Below the pieces are notes generated by a model that worked only from the letters and a program-made list of their open reading frames with translations, was not told the origin of the DNA and did no database searches. Positions 39,393 to 48,832 of a DNA stretch of 64,000 nucleotides are shown in pieces (the stretch's first letter is position 1; every line of letters begins with the position of its first letter). The stretch covers positions 52,787-116,786 of the forward strand of contig JAVHQC010000032.1 in assembly GCA_036170915.1 (NCBI GenBank), in the 5' to 3' direction. A program made the position numbers and the translations under genes. This stretch comes from Cyanobacteria bacterium auto_48_18. GTDB taxonomy: Bacteria; Cyanobacteriota; Vampirovibrionia; Obscuribacterales; Obscuribacteraceae.

Positions 39393-40808
39393 TTAGTGCG
39401 GCGGCATGCCAATGAAAACAGGCGGCTTTTCGGCAAACTTTAATTTCTTTGATATGGTCGCGTCATCAATATTGTGAGGCTTCAGGTAGACGTAGTAACT
39501 ATCGTTGCGCTCCACCAGGTCATCTTTCGGTTGACTGCTTGCGCTCACCAGCATGTCGTTGCTTATTCGAGCATGCAAATAGTAAGGAATAAGTTGCGTG
39601 TAACCAGGTACGTTAGGCTTAAAGGCATATTTGAGCAGTCGCTCACCAGTCAAAGCCGAAACAACTGCTGGTGAGTTATTGAGCGCCTTGAGGTCAATCT
39701 CCTGCCAACTATTACCCACTTGAATAAAAAGACGCACCACAGGTTTCATTAAAAACATAGCTTTTTCTGGCTTAGTATTTTTGAGAAAAAGAGTTAAAAC
39801 ATATCCACCGTCTGCAGTCATCTCGATATCGCGAACGCCCGCTTTTAAGTCGCTGTTCGCCAGGTCTTCCAGGGCCTGCCGCTGATCGAGCCTGGCATTA
39901 ACAACGCTTTGCTGATAACTTGCTACGGCCAAATTGGCAATATAGAGCAAAGACAGCAGCGGTACCAACAGCAATACCATGCGGCCAACATACTTATCAA
40001 AGCCTATGCCCAGTTTGACATTCTCTTGCGCCGATTGACTAGCAGAAATAGCGAAAATGCTTTTAACTGTGTCGCCGACATCGAGTAGCTGCGGTGATCT
40101 AGTCGAAGTCTCTGTACCTGGCTGTTGCGAATGAGTCAACATTTCAGCTCGACCAGCAGTCATGGTCAAAACCCTGTCGGCTAAAGAGGCAATATCCTGG
40201 TTGTGAGTAACCACAATCAAAGTGAGACTGAAAGCTTTGCGAATATCAACAAGAAGCTGCAATATTTCGCCTTCAGTTTCGCCATCGAGGTCGGCTGTAG
40301 GCTCATCGGCCAATAAAACACTGGGCGAATTGATGAGCGCGCGAGCGATGGCCACACGCCTTTGCTCACCGCCAGACAGCTCACCCGGATAGGAATCAAT
40401 ACGCTCGGCTAAACCAACTCGCACCAGTAATGCTCTGGCTCGAGCATAGGCCTCCTTTTCTGTAAGAGCGCCGCTAACGAGTGCAGGCAAAGCAACATTG
40501 TCTATGGCACGCAAAGCGCTTAGCAAACCAGCAAATTGAAAAACATAACCAATGGTGCCGTTGCGAAAACCAGCCAACTGATTAGCATTTTGTTGCCAAA
40601 CGACCGTATCGCCAATTTGAATGGAGCCGCTACTTGGGCGGCAGATGCCACCAGCCATGGCCAGCAGCGTAGATTTGCCAGACCCGGAGCGCCCCACTAT
40701 TGCTAGAAATTCGCCCGGTTGCGCTTCAAAATTGACATCAATGACAGCATTAACCTGAGCGTGGCCTGAATATTGCTTTGTCAGTTGCGAAACAGAAACT
40801 GTGCTCAT
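39393..40808 (-). CDS. LolD/MacB-type ABC ATPase fused to a TM helix and a C-terminal extracytoplasmic domain
   Basis: Walker A GRSGSGKST, LSGGEQRRV, ADEPT, VTH; then TM MVLLLVPLLSLLYIANLAV and a ~170-aa domain ending GMPPH. Confidence 0.88.
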   Translation of the reverse strand: MSTVSVSQLTKQYSGHAQVNAVIDVNFEAQPGEFLAIVGRSGSGKSTLLAMAGGICRPSSGSIQIGDTVVWQQNANQLAGFRNGTIGYVFQFAGLLSALRAIDNVALPALVSGALTEKEAYARARALLVRVGLAERIDSYPGELSGGEQRRVAIARALINSPSVLLADEPTADLDGETEGEILQLLVDIRKAFSLTLIVVTHNQDIASLADRVLTMTAGRAEMLTHSQQPGTETSTRSPQLLDVGDTVKSIFAISASQSAQENVKLGIGFDKYVGRMVLLLVPLLSLLYIANLAVASYQQSVVNARLDQRQALEDLANSDLKAGVRDIEMTADGGYVLTLFLKNTKPEKAMFLMKPVVRLFIQVGNSWQEIDLKALNNSPAVVSALTGERLLKYAFKPNVPGYTQLIPYYLHARISNDMLVSASSQPKDDLVERNDSYYVYLKPHNIDDATISKKLKFAEKPPVFIGMPPH

Positions 40809-42016
40809 TAACCACCGTCCTGCATCATACGGTAAGGCTCTTCAGCGCTAGCGCGCAAGGCCGGAATCAGAGCGCCCAGCAGTCCGCCGAGCATGGCTAG
40901 CACCGCACAAGCTGCGCCGCCATATGCCATTTCGCTCAGGGCAGGCCAGATAAAATCAATATGCAAAGTTTCGAGGTAATAGACCAGAGAGCGTTGAAAA
41001 ATCAACAGAAGCACCGCACCAAATATGATACCAGCCACACCTCCCAGACCTGTGGTAAAACAGGCCTCGGCTAAAAGCATTTTGACAATATCAGCTTGCT
41101 TTGATCCGATTGCCGAAAGCACGCCTATTTCGCGGCGCCTTTCGCCAATGATGGCAGAAAAAAGCAGACCTACCACAATTAAGGAGCCGAGCAGTATGAG
41201 CGTAGCAAACACAAGCATGGCGCTCAGTAAAGCGCTTGTGGTCTGCCTTGTGGAAGTAACAATAGTAGCACCAGTAATTACTTTCACTCCTGCAATTTGC
41301 GAAATGGCAAAGCGCATCTGCTCTGGAGTGGTGCCAAAAGCTAAGCGCACAAATATGGCCGAACAACGCTGGCGATCAAATGTTGGAATGGTCGAAACGC
41401 CAGCGATTTTTCCTTGCGCCAAATACGCGGCGGTATCATAAGTGGCAAACAAAGAATCATCAAGTGGCCCCACTCCGCTTCTAGCAAGCTTACCGTAAAC
41501 AGTAGCAGTGGTGGCACATGGTTCTAACTCTTCGCCAATGGCTTCATCACGCCGAGCGCCGGCAATCAGGTCTCCCGCTTTCATTACTCTAGGTAATTTT
41601 GTTTGCAGCCACGGCATCACAGTAAAATCGCTGGCCGGGTCAAAAGCAATTAAATTTGCCTTGTGCTCAGGCATGTGCACCATCATCGGTATGCGATAAA
41701 TTGTTTGAGCAGCTATTTTTTCTACTCCATGCAGACTGCCAATCTGCTTCAGTAAATTAGTGCTCAAAGTTGAGTCGGTAGGTTGCACCGTAAGCAATGC
41801 GCTGGTGATATTAACCATAGCATCAGCCGGCACCACTACCAGATCTGCACCCATCTGCGCAAAGCTGCGCTCCATGCTGGCTTGAATGCCGCGGCCAACA
41901 ATAAACGAGGCAAAGATAGCGCCGCTGACTAAAGCCACAGCCAAAATTAGCATTAGTGTGCGCGTTGGCCTGCGCAAAATATTCTGGCAGGCCAGGCGCA
42001 AGAAAATACTGATCAT
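40808..42016 (-). CDS. MacB/FtsX-type ABC permease
   Basis: NILRRPTRT N-terminus, MGADLVVVP, large periplasmic loop, ERRREIGVL.AIG, three C-terminal TMs. Confidence 0.9.
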   Translation of the reverse strand: MISIFLRLACQNILRRPTRTLMLILAVALVSGAIFASFIVGRGIQASMERSFAQMGADLVVVPADAMVNITSALLTVQPTDSTLSTNLLKQIGSLHGVEKIAAQTIYRIPMMVHMPEHKANLIAFDPASDFTVMPWLQTKLPRVMKAGDLIAGARRDEAIGEELEPCATTATVYGKLARSGVGPLDDSLFATYDTAAYLAQGKIAGVSTIPTFDRQRCSAIFVRLAFGTTPEQMRFAISQIAGVKVITGATIVTSTRQTTSALLSAMLVFATLILLGSLIVVGLLFSAIIGERRREIGVLSAIGSKQADIVKMLLAEACFTTGLGGVAGIIFGAVLLLIFQRSLVYYLETLHIDFIWPALSEMAYGGAACAVLAMLGGLLGALIPALRASAEEPYRMMQDGG

Positions 42017-42017
42017 A

Positions 42018-43796
42018 TTAGAGGGTAGTGCAACGACTATTTCTTAAGTGTTCTTTCTTGGTCGGGATAATCACGCAGTCATGGTGCCCACCATAATTGG
42101 GCAGGTATCCCAGCGGACGAAGTGAATCATCTTGGGTAAAGATAAAAGCACCACTCTCCTGTCGTTGAAAACCACTAAAGATTTGAACAACAAATTTGCC
42201 ATCATAAGAAACCGCCATGGTCTGGCAATCAACACCAATGTTTTTAAATTTCTTGATAATCTTCCATGTCTTCGTATCAACCACACAGCACCCGCTTTTG
42301 GCAGGCTTTGCATTCATCACCGAAACAAACATTTTGCTGCCGTCCATAGAGAAGCAGAGATGGAACGGGCTGGGAAAGTCGCCTACCCATTCTGGATCTT
42401 TCACATAAGTAATCTTTTTCCAATTGCGCGGATCAGCATCAGTTGTGTCAAACACAGCCATATTATTCTGTTCGATATTATTCATCATGGTGAAGAATTT
42501 GCCGTCTGGCGAAAAACCGGCTTCATGGCCGACGCATTTAACGTCTTCAAAATCAATTTCCCATGTATTAGGATTCTCGTGCAACTTAGTAACCGCCAGA
42601 TTACCAGGCGATCCTTCCGGATTATGCAGGCAGGCTACAGGCTCCCACGTCTCGCGATCGACAATGACTGCACAAGAAAGCATGCGAATAATTAGAGCAG
42701 AATATTTGTTTCCCGGATGATGCACCACCGCATCTAGACCAGAGAGCCCCTTCATATTGTCTCCCGGTATTTCACCGTTCGAAACACGATTCTCGGCCAT
42801 CGGAACCATTTCCCAGTCGATCTTATTGCCCTTAGTGCCTTGCAAATCATACTTGCCGATTTCTGGGGAAATTCTCAATTCTTCTATTCGCAGCTTGCCA
42901 CCTTTGCGCCAGTTATCTTTCAAATTCTTATCCGGCTCTCGACCAATCCAATCGGCGCGGAAAGCCTTAAGCGCCGTCGTCTTAGCCGTGCCCGAAACAC
43001 GATTGAAAAATGCAGCAATATCTTTTTGACCATCAGCGGCAGCAAAGCCATTAGCATCAGGGAAGATTGTGATGTGTACGCCCAAACCGATACCGGTTGT
43101 CTCTGCCACATCCTCCATTTTGTTCATTTCGGTGCCATCAAATTCAACTCTGTAAATATGATTACCCTGACCCCACTTACCAAGCATGCCGTGGTCTTCT
43201 ATTGAAGTAGGTAAACCATAAAGTGAAACGTTCCTGCCACCCTGGGTGGAATTGACGAATTCGAAGCCCTTGCGCGGATTAGCTGAGGGGTATGCTGCCA
43301 GGTGATGTGAAATCGGGCAGGAATCGCCCCAGGCCCAGTAAGGAATGGACGACAATGTTGTACCGTGCTTTAAATCAACCACATGAGTACCGCCGCCCAA
43401 CTTTTGCGGCGTCAAATACAAATAATCGCCCAGCTCTTCTGTCGACTGATCAAATCTCGATGCGTCCACAACTTCAACTTTCGGTGAAACTAAATCGGGC
43501 ATTTTTACTTTGCCAACCATAGCAAAGAGATTAGCTGAAGCGAAACCGGCGGCCCCTGCGGCTCCAGCGAAAAGCATCTCTCTGCGCGTGAACCCTGGCA
43601 CGAAAATTTCTTGCATCATCTGACGCAAATCAAATTTGCGACGAGGCTCATCGCCAGCGCCATACTCAGCCAGCCACTGAAAAAGAGTAGCTTCGTTAAT
43701 ATCGTGCTTGATGCACAATTCATTAATGTCAGGGCTGCTATTGGCTTCGCGCAGAATAAATTTTATCTGCTCCTTGGTAAATTGCTTCTCTTCCAT
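42018..43796 (-). CDS. Thiocyanate dehydrogenase (TcDH)-like copper beta-propeller with a Tat signal and an N-terminal IS3-transposase-type HTH
   Basis: Colinear matches to TcDH as I recall it: WGDSCPISHHLAAYPS, NSTQGG, GLGVH, DGQKD, YDLQGTKGNKIDWE, GHEAGFSPDG, PFH, YDGKFVV, GHHDCVIIP...SRCTT. FTRREML twin arginine; ATG 43796 with GGAGAG SD. Confidence 0.85.
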   Translation of the reverse strand: MEEKQFTKEQIKFILREANSSPDINELCIKHDINEATLFQWLAEYGAGDEPRRKFDLRQMMQEIFVPGFTRREMLFAGAAGAAGFASANLFAMVGKVKMPDLVSPKVEVVDASRFDQSTEELGDYLYLTPQKLGGGTHVVDLKHGTTLSSIPYWAWGDSCPISHHLAAYPSANPRKGFEFVNSTQGGRNVSLYGLPTSIEDHGMLGKWGQGNHIYRVEFDGTEMNKMEDVAETTGIGLGVHITIFPDANGFAAADGQKDIAAFFNRVSGTAKTTALKAFRADWIGREPDKNLKDNWRKGGKLRIEELRISPEIGKYDLQGTKGNKIDWEMVPMAENRVSNGEIPGDNMKGLSGLDAVVHHPGNKYSALIIRMLSCAVIVDRETWEPVACLHNPEGSPGNLAVTKLHENPNTWEIDFEDVKCVGHEAGFSPDGKFFTMMNNIEQNNMAVFDTTDADPRNWKKITYVKDPEWVGDFPSPFHLCFSMDGSKMFVSVMNAKPAKSGCCVVDTKTWKIIKKFKNIGVDCQTMAVSYDGKFVVQIFSGFQRQESGAFIFTQDDSLRPLGYLPNYGGHHDCVIIPTKKEHLRNSRCTTL

Positions 43797-43944
43797 GCTT
43801 CTCTCCAATCTGTTTAAACTGACAGCTGATCAAGAGGTTCCCTGTAAAACAGCGAGCAGAATAAAATTTATCGCTAATAAATCGACATGTAGTATTGCAC
43901 ATTTATGGCGCTATACTGCTTTCAAGACATGCAGGTACCCTTCC

Positions 43945-44964
43945 ATGGCAGTCAGTGCAGTTATTGATAACGTGGCCTCTCATCCAATTTTGAGCACAGC
44001 AGCGCGAGTTGCAGCTAAGTCTAAACATGTGCGATTAAATAAAGACGCTCTCGACGATATCAGCAAGACATTAAGCCGGCCAGAACTTGATAACGCGCCG
44101 CACCACTGGCTAAGCAGTGCGCCAGAACCGGCCAAAATTTATTTTGATAGCCTTAGTTTAGATCAACGCATTCTCTTTTTAGTCGTTTTTCATACCATCG
44201 GTTTTTGCTATTGGGGTGACCCCAAATGGCGAATCTTTAGCCCCACTGCTGATACCACATTTAATGGCGCGCGGGCACTTTTAATTAGCCTTAGCGCTGA
44301 GCCAAACTTCCTCAATCTCTCGCATTTGTCAGAGCTTACCGAGCTACAGTTTAAGGCCATGCTGGCCGGCTTTAAAAGTCAAAATATAGATTCGCTGCTA
44401 TTAATGAGCGAGCGTCACTCCTTTCTTTCTGCGTTAGCAACTCGACTTGGCAAAGACAAGAATTTTCTAAAAGAATTGATTGATCCAAATCAAAATGCTC
44501 TCAATGCAGCCCTAGCAATTTCACAACAATTGCCTGGTTACCGTGATGTGGCAGAATATGCTGGAGAACCAGTTATCTTTTTGAAAAAGGCCCAGCTGCT
44601 GGTGGCTGATATCAACCATGCATTAGTACGCTCAGGCAATGCCGGATTTTCATGTATGCATGAGCTCACAGGCTTTGCTGATTACAAATTGCCACAGCTC
44701 TTAAGGCACCAGGGCATCATTGACTACGACAATATGCTGACAGAAAAAATAGATCAGGGTCGCGAACTAACACCAGGTAGCGAAGAAGAAATTGAAATTC
44801 GCGCTGCTACACTTATTGCCATCGAATACATCAAACGTTCGCTGGCCAAGGTCAATATTCTTACTACCGCTGCCGAAATTGATGCCAAGTTGTGGATGCT
44901 GGCGCAAGATCTAAACCCGGCTGAAGTCAAGCCGTATCACCGCTGCCGCACGGTTTTTTACTAA
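43945..44964 (+). CDS. Queuosine salvage protein (DUF2419/Qng1-like queuosine-nucleotide hydrolase)
   Basis: GFCYW, FLKKAQLLVAD, LTGFADYKLPQ.L, EEIEIRA, ID..LW, PYHRCRTVFY C-terminus. Start moved to ATG 43945. Confidence 0.88.
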   Translation: MAVSAVIDNVASHPILSTAARVAAKSKHVRLNKDALDDISKTLSRPELDNAPHHWLSSAPEPAKIYFDSLSLDQRILFLVVFHTIGFCYWGDPKWRIFSPTADTTFNGARALLISLSAEPNFLNLSHLSELTELQFKAMLAGFKSQNIDSLLLMSERHSFLSALATRLGKDKNFLKELIDPNQNALNAALAISQQLPGYRDVAEYAGEPVIFLKKAQLLVADINHALVRSGNAGFSCMHELTGFADYKLPQLLRHQGIIDYDNMLTEKIDQGRELTPGSEEEIEIRAATLIAIEYIKRSLAKVNILTTAAEIDAKLWMLAQDLNPAEVKPYHRCRTVFY

Positions 44965-44998
44965 TTTACTGACAGCTCTACTGATACTAAATGCGGTG

Positions 44999-46732
44999 CT
45001 ACGCTGGTTTGCCCCACAGCCAACCTTGACCAAAAGGCACACCCATTTCAACTAGAAGATCGAGCTCTTCACGGCATTCAATGCCTTCAGCTACAAGCTC
45101 AGCACCAAGCGAATTGACGACCTTGACCAGTCGTTTAAGCAAACGAGCTTTGGCTGGTTCTTCTGAAATTCCAGAAACATATTTTCTATCAATTTTGACA
45201 ATATCAGGTTCGAGAATAATCAAACTTTCAAGCGAACTGCGACCGAAGCCTACATCATCTACAGCTACCAGCAAGCCTCTTTCTTTCAAGGCTTGCACAT
45301 GGTCGCGCAGATAAGCGGGGTCACCGATAAACTGCTGTTCGCTGATTTCAATGACGTAATTGCCGTCAGTTTTATTGGCAGGAAACAGCGTCATCAGGCG
45401 CTCAATGGGTGTATCCATAATTGTGGATGGGAACAAGTTGACGTGGAAACGCGCTTTTTGATCAAATTTAGGGTCTACACATGCGGAAAGACAAGTTTTC
45501 AGGCAGCGCAAATCGACAATGGTGAGCAAATTGTGCTCAACCGAGACTCGGAAAAGATCATCAGGCATTTCAAAAGCGCCTGCTGGGCCGCGACTGAGAA
45601 TTTCATAGGCAACAACTTTTTCATCGCTGAGATGGAAGATCGGCATGGAGACAGCTCTAAAGCAATCGCCACGACGCAATTTTTCTGTCAGTTCTTCGAG
45701 AGCAGCTATATCAGTGGCACCGCTCGAGGCGCCATTACCCGAGTTAGCTGAGCCACCTTTGTCGGGGGCTTTGTGCTTCTCACCAGATGACACTCGGTTT
45801 TTTCCGAGCATTTTTGATTCTCGCACAGCCAATCTTGCCAGTGAAAGCACTTCTTCGATAGAACAAAATTCGTAAGGCAAAGCAAGCACGCCCAGGCTGG
45901 CAGTTACGCGAACAGTTTCAGAAGCCAGGCGCAATGGGCTTTCAGCAACAGAGAGGCGAATCTTTTCGGCCACCAGCATGCCTTCAGCAATACGTGTATC
46001 AGGCAAAATCAATAGAAATTCGTCGCCGCCAAGGCGAGCCAGGTGGTCGGTGGGTCTAACCGTTTCGCGCACGCGGTCAGCAATTTCGTGCAGCACCACA
46101 TCACCCACAGCATGCCCGAATTGTTGATTGATTCGATCAAAATCGTCGCAATCAATCAGCACCGTGACTAAATTCCAACCGCCCCGTTGTGAGCGCACAT
46201 ACTCGGCGGCCAGCGCCTTAGCCAAACCAGCGCGGCTCAGAGCTTTTGTGGCCGCATCAACATTAGCGATAGTATCTAACTGTTGATTGGCTTCCAGAAT
46301 ACGTTGATTAGCTTCTTTCAACTCTTCTTGCAGCTGCTTTACTTGCATTGCATGGCGTATAGATTGAAGCAAGGCCCGGGCATCAACTTCATCTTTAACC
46401 AAAAATTCGGGGGCACCATTACCAAGTGCTTCATTGGCAATGTGATCTTTGCTGTTGTTTCCGACAACCACAACGGGCACGCTAGCATCTTGAGCGCGCA
46501 ACTGGCGAAATTGATCGACGCCACTGGCTCCGCCTTCTCGAGAAAGGTCCAGCAAAACAACATCAACGCCGCCTTCTCCCAGGCGTTTCAAACCTTTGGT
46601 AATGTTTTCGGTGAATTCCATGGATATTTCCATGGACGCATCAGGACCTGATACCTTGCTGAGCACCTCCTTAAGAGCAAACGTGCCCCCAGGAGTGTCG
46701 ATTAACAATACTTTGGTCTTCCTGGCTTCCAT
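44999..46732 (-). CDS. REC-GGDEF-EAL diguanylate cyclase/phosphodiesterase
   Basis: Receiver (VVLLDL), DCDDFD.IN..FGH.VGD, RLGGDEF, YEILSR, DDVGFG, VKID, VAEGIE, GQGW. Confidence 0.93.
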   Translation of the reverse strand: MEARKTKVLLIDTPGGTFALKEVLSKVSGPDASMEISMEFTENITKGLKRLGEGGVDVVLLDLSREGGASGVDQFRQLRAQDASVPVVVVGNNSKDHIANEALGNGAPEFLVKDEVDARALLQSIRHAMQVKQLQEELKEANQRILEANQQLDTIANVDAATKALSRAGLAKALAAEYVRSQRGGWNLVTVLIDCDDFDRINQQFGHAVGDVVLHEIADRVRETVRPTDHLARLGGDEFLLILPDTRIAEGMLVAEKIRLSVAESPLRLASETVRVTASLGVLALPYEFCSIEEVLSLARLAVRESKMLGKNRVSSGEKHKAPDKGGSANSGNGASSGATDIAALEELTEKLRRGDCFRAVSMPIFHLSDEKVVAYEILSRGPAGAFEMPDDLFRVSVEHNLLTIVDLRCLKTCLSACVDPKFDQKARFHVNLFPSTIMDTPIERLMTLFPANKTDGNYVIEISEQQFIGDPAYLRDHVQALKERGLLVAVDDVGFGRSSLESLIILEPDIVKIDRKYVSGISEEPAKARLLKRLVKVVNSLGAELVAEGIECREELDLLVEMGVPFGQGWLWGKPA

Positions 46733-47052
46733 TACTTCACCGAACTATATAGGTTTCCTATCTCGGCCCGAGAATAATATTTCAAGAGCGAGACCTCCTA
46801 ATTAAACATCAAAACAACGCTACAAGCACTCAAATCACGACCTAAAAGTCTCAAAATTCGCCTCAATCGTGCTTGACATGGCTTGCGCCTGCAAAAAGTG
46901 ACTACGGTTTATCGACGGATTAGCGCCCCTTTCTCTATTGTGCCCGTCTCAACACAGAATTAGCCACATTTGCTCAATCAAAATAATTTGACCGCAGTTT
47001 TGTCTAGTACCATGTGTGAGCACATCATTCGAAAGCGGTTATAGAACCAGTT

Positions 47053-48072
47053 ATGCAGCCACCAGCTGAAAAGATTTCAAGACCGAGCAATGCCCTTAAA
47101 CAGATACTGGCGGCGGCATTTGCCATATTGCTGCTCTGGCTTGCCTTTCGCGGCACCAACATGGCTGAGTTGTGGCGTTATTCGCAAAATATCAAACCAC
47201 TTCCCGTTCTCTTGATCTTTGTCTCCGGCCTCTTAGGCACGTTTCTTCGTTCTTACCGCTGGACAATTTTGCTCAGACCTTTATCAGACAAAAAAATCAG
47301 CCAATTCAACTCTTTTTATGCGGTCTTAATCGGCTATGCAGTCAACGTAGCAATCCCCCGCGGTGGTGAAGTGGCCCGCTTGCTATCAATTTGCAAATCT
47401 GAAAATCTACCCTGGGCCGGCGTACTTTCAACCATGCTTATCGACCGCATGCTTGATATCGCCTTACTGGTTCTATTGCTCGGCTGCACCCTGGTAATTT
47501 TGCCCCCAGACCTGCTCGCTTCCATTCCCGGGCTGAAACAGGGGGGCCTGGTGCTGCTTGTCGGCGTGGTGGTGGGCTTGATTGTGCTGCCCAATGCCGG
47601 CCGAATTCTCAAGAAAATCCTCACACTTGATCTGGTTAAAACTCGCCTGCCCGAAAATTTGGCGCTTAAACTGGCTCAATTGGCAGAACAATTTGATACT
47701 GGTACAACGGCGCTCAAAAGTCTCGTGCTTTATCCATTTATCGCACTGCTCAGCGTGGCCATCTGGTTTACCTACTGGCTCAACTTCTATTTAATGGTTT
47801 TCGCTTTTGGCCTGGAAGACAAAATCGACGCAGCCAAGTGCCTGATAATATTTACCATCGGCTCAGTGGGCGTACTGATTCCCACACCCGGATCCGTAGG
47901 CAGCTTCCACTATCTGGTTAAAATTGCTACCGTTGCTACCGCCCACATTCCCGAAGACCAAGCTCTAGCTTTTGCTACTGTTTTGCACTTCATGACCTTT
48001 GTCGTGGTTACATGCGTACCCGCAGCCATTTTATTTCTCTACAAGCGCTTCTCAAACTCAAACAAAGAATAA
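47053..48072 (+). CDS. Lysylphosphatidylglycerol synthase TM / flippase-like membrane protein (UPF0104)
   Basis: LRSYRW..LL, GY..N..IPRGGEVAR, IPTPGSVG.FH. Confidence 0.88.
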   Translation: MQPPAEKISRPSNALKQILAAAFAILLLWLAFRGTNMAELWRYSQNIKPLPVLLIFVSGLLGTFLRSYRWTILLRPLSDKKISQFNSFYAVLIGYAVNVAIPRGGEVARLLSICKSENLPWAGVLSTMLIDRMLDIALLVLLLGCTLVILPPDLLASIPGLKQGGLVLLVGVVVGLIVLPNAGRILKKILTLDLVKTRLPENLALKLAQLAEQFDTGTTALKSLVLYPFIALLSVAIWFTYWLNFYLMVFAFGLEDKIDAAKCLIIFTIGSVGVLIPTPGSVGSFHYLVKIATVATAHIPEDQALAFATVLHFMTFVVVTCVPAAILFLYKRFSNSNKE

Positions 48073-48079
48073 ATTCAAA

Positions 48080-48820
48080 ATGGATCCCCTAAAATTTGCC
48101 GCCCGCATCACGTCATCTTTTGCGCTCAGCCATTTGAAGGCGCAAGCCTCGGTACTTGATGCCGGTTGTGGCGAAGGCGAAATAGCCGCATCTATGCAGA
48201 AAGGTGGCCTCAAGGTTACTGCCATTGATAAAAAGGCAGAGGCCGTGGCCAAAACCCAGGCCCTCGGTATTGCCTGCAGCCTGAATGATTTGCAAAGTTT
48301 CGAACATGCGGCTTTTGACGCCATTTTGTGCAGCTGTGCCCTGCACCATATGGACCCACTCGATAAGGCGCTCGCCAATGCTTCTCGACTACTAAAAGAC
48401 GATGGAGTTTTATTGATTGAAGATTTTGGTTACGAAAGAGTCGATCAAAAAACTGTGGTGTGGCTCTTTAATCTGGCGCAATTAATTGCTAGTGGCGGCG
48501 ACCGTCATCGATGGCTCCTGGCAGAACGAAAAAGCACTAACCGTGCCCTTGAAGCCATGACCATCTGGCGCAAACACAATGAAATTGATCACCATGTTAT
48601 TCCTTTTGAACGCGTAAAGAACGTCTTGCTCGATCACTTCGAAATTATTAGCGAACAGAACGTTCCTTACCTATTTCGTTATCTCTGCGGCTTATTACCT
48701 GCCACCAAAGCTGGTGCCGAACAAGCTGAGCAAATTTATCAGTGGGAGAGAGAACAAGCGGAGGCCGGCGGCATAGTAATGTGCGGGGCCAGAATTCTTG
48801 CGCGAAAAAAACGAGTTTGA
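48080..48820 (+). CDS. Class I SAM-dependent methyltransferase
   Basis: VLDAGCGEG, FDAI, ALHH, LLKDDGVL. Start at ATG 48080. Confidence 0.88.
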   Translation: MDPLKFAARITSSFALSHLKAQASVLDAGCGEGEIAASMQKGGLKVTAIDKKAEAVAKTQALGIACSLNDLQSFEHAAFDAILCSCALHHMDPLDKALANASRLLKDDGVLLIEDFGYERVDQKTVVWLFNLAQLIASGGDRHRWLLAERKSTNRALEAMTIWRKHNEIDHHVIPFERVKNVLLDHFEIISEQNVPYLFRYLCGLLPATKAGAEQAEQIYQWEREQAEAGGIVMCGARILARKKRV

Positions 48821-48832
48821 TTCAACGGTTAG

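Noticed and set aside
43659..43860. IS3-family insertion sequence
   Set aside because: Only the OrfA-like HTH is present, in frame with the enzyme; no OrfB/DDE domain, convincing terminal inverted repeats or target duplication were seen.
43708..43944. N-terminal extension of the queuosine salvage ORF
   Set aside because: It overlaps the opposite-strand TcDH-like gene; family similarity begins after ATG 43945.
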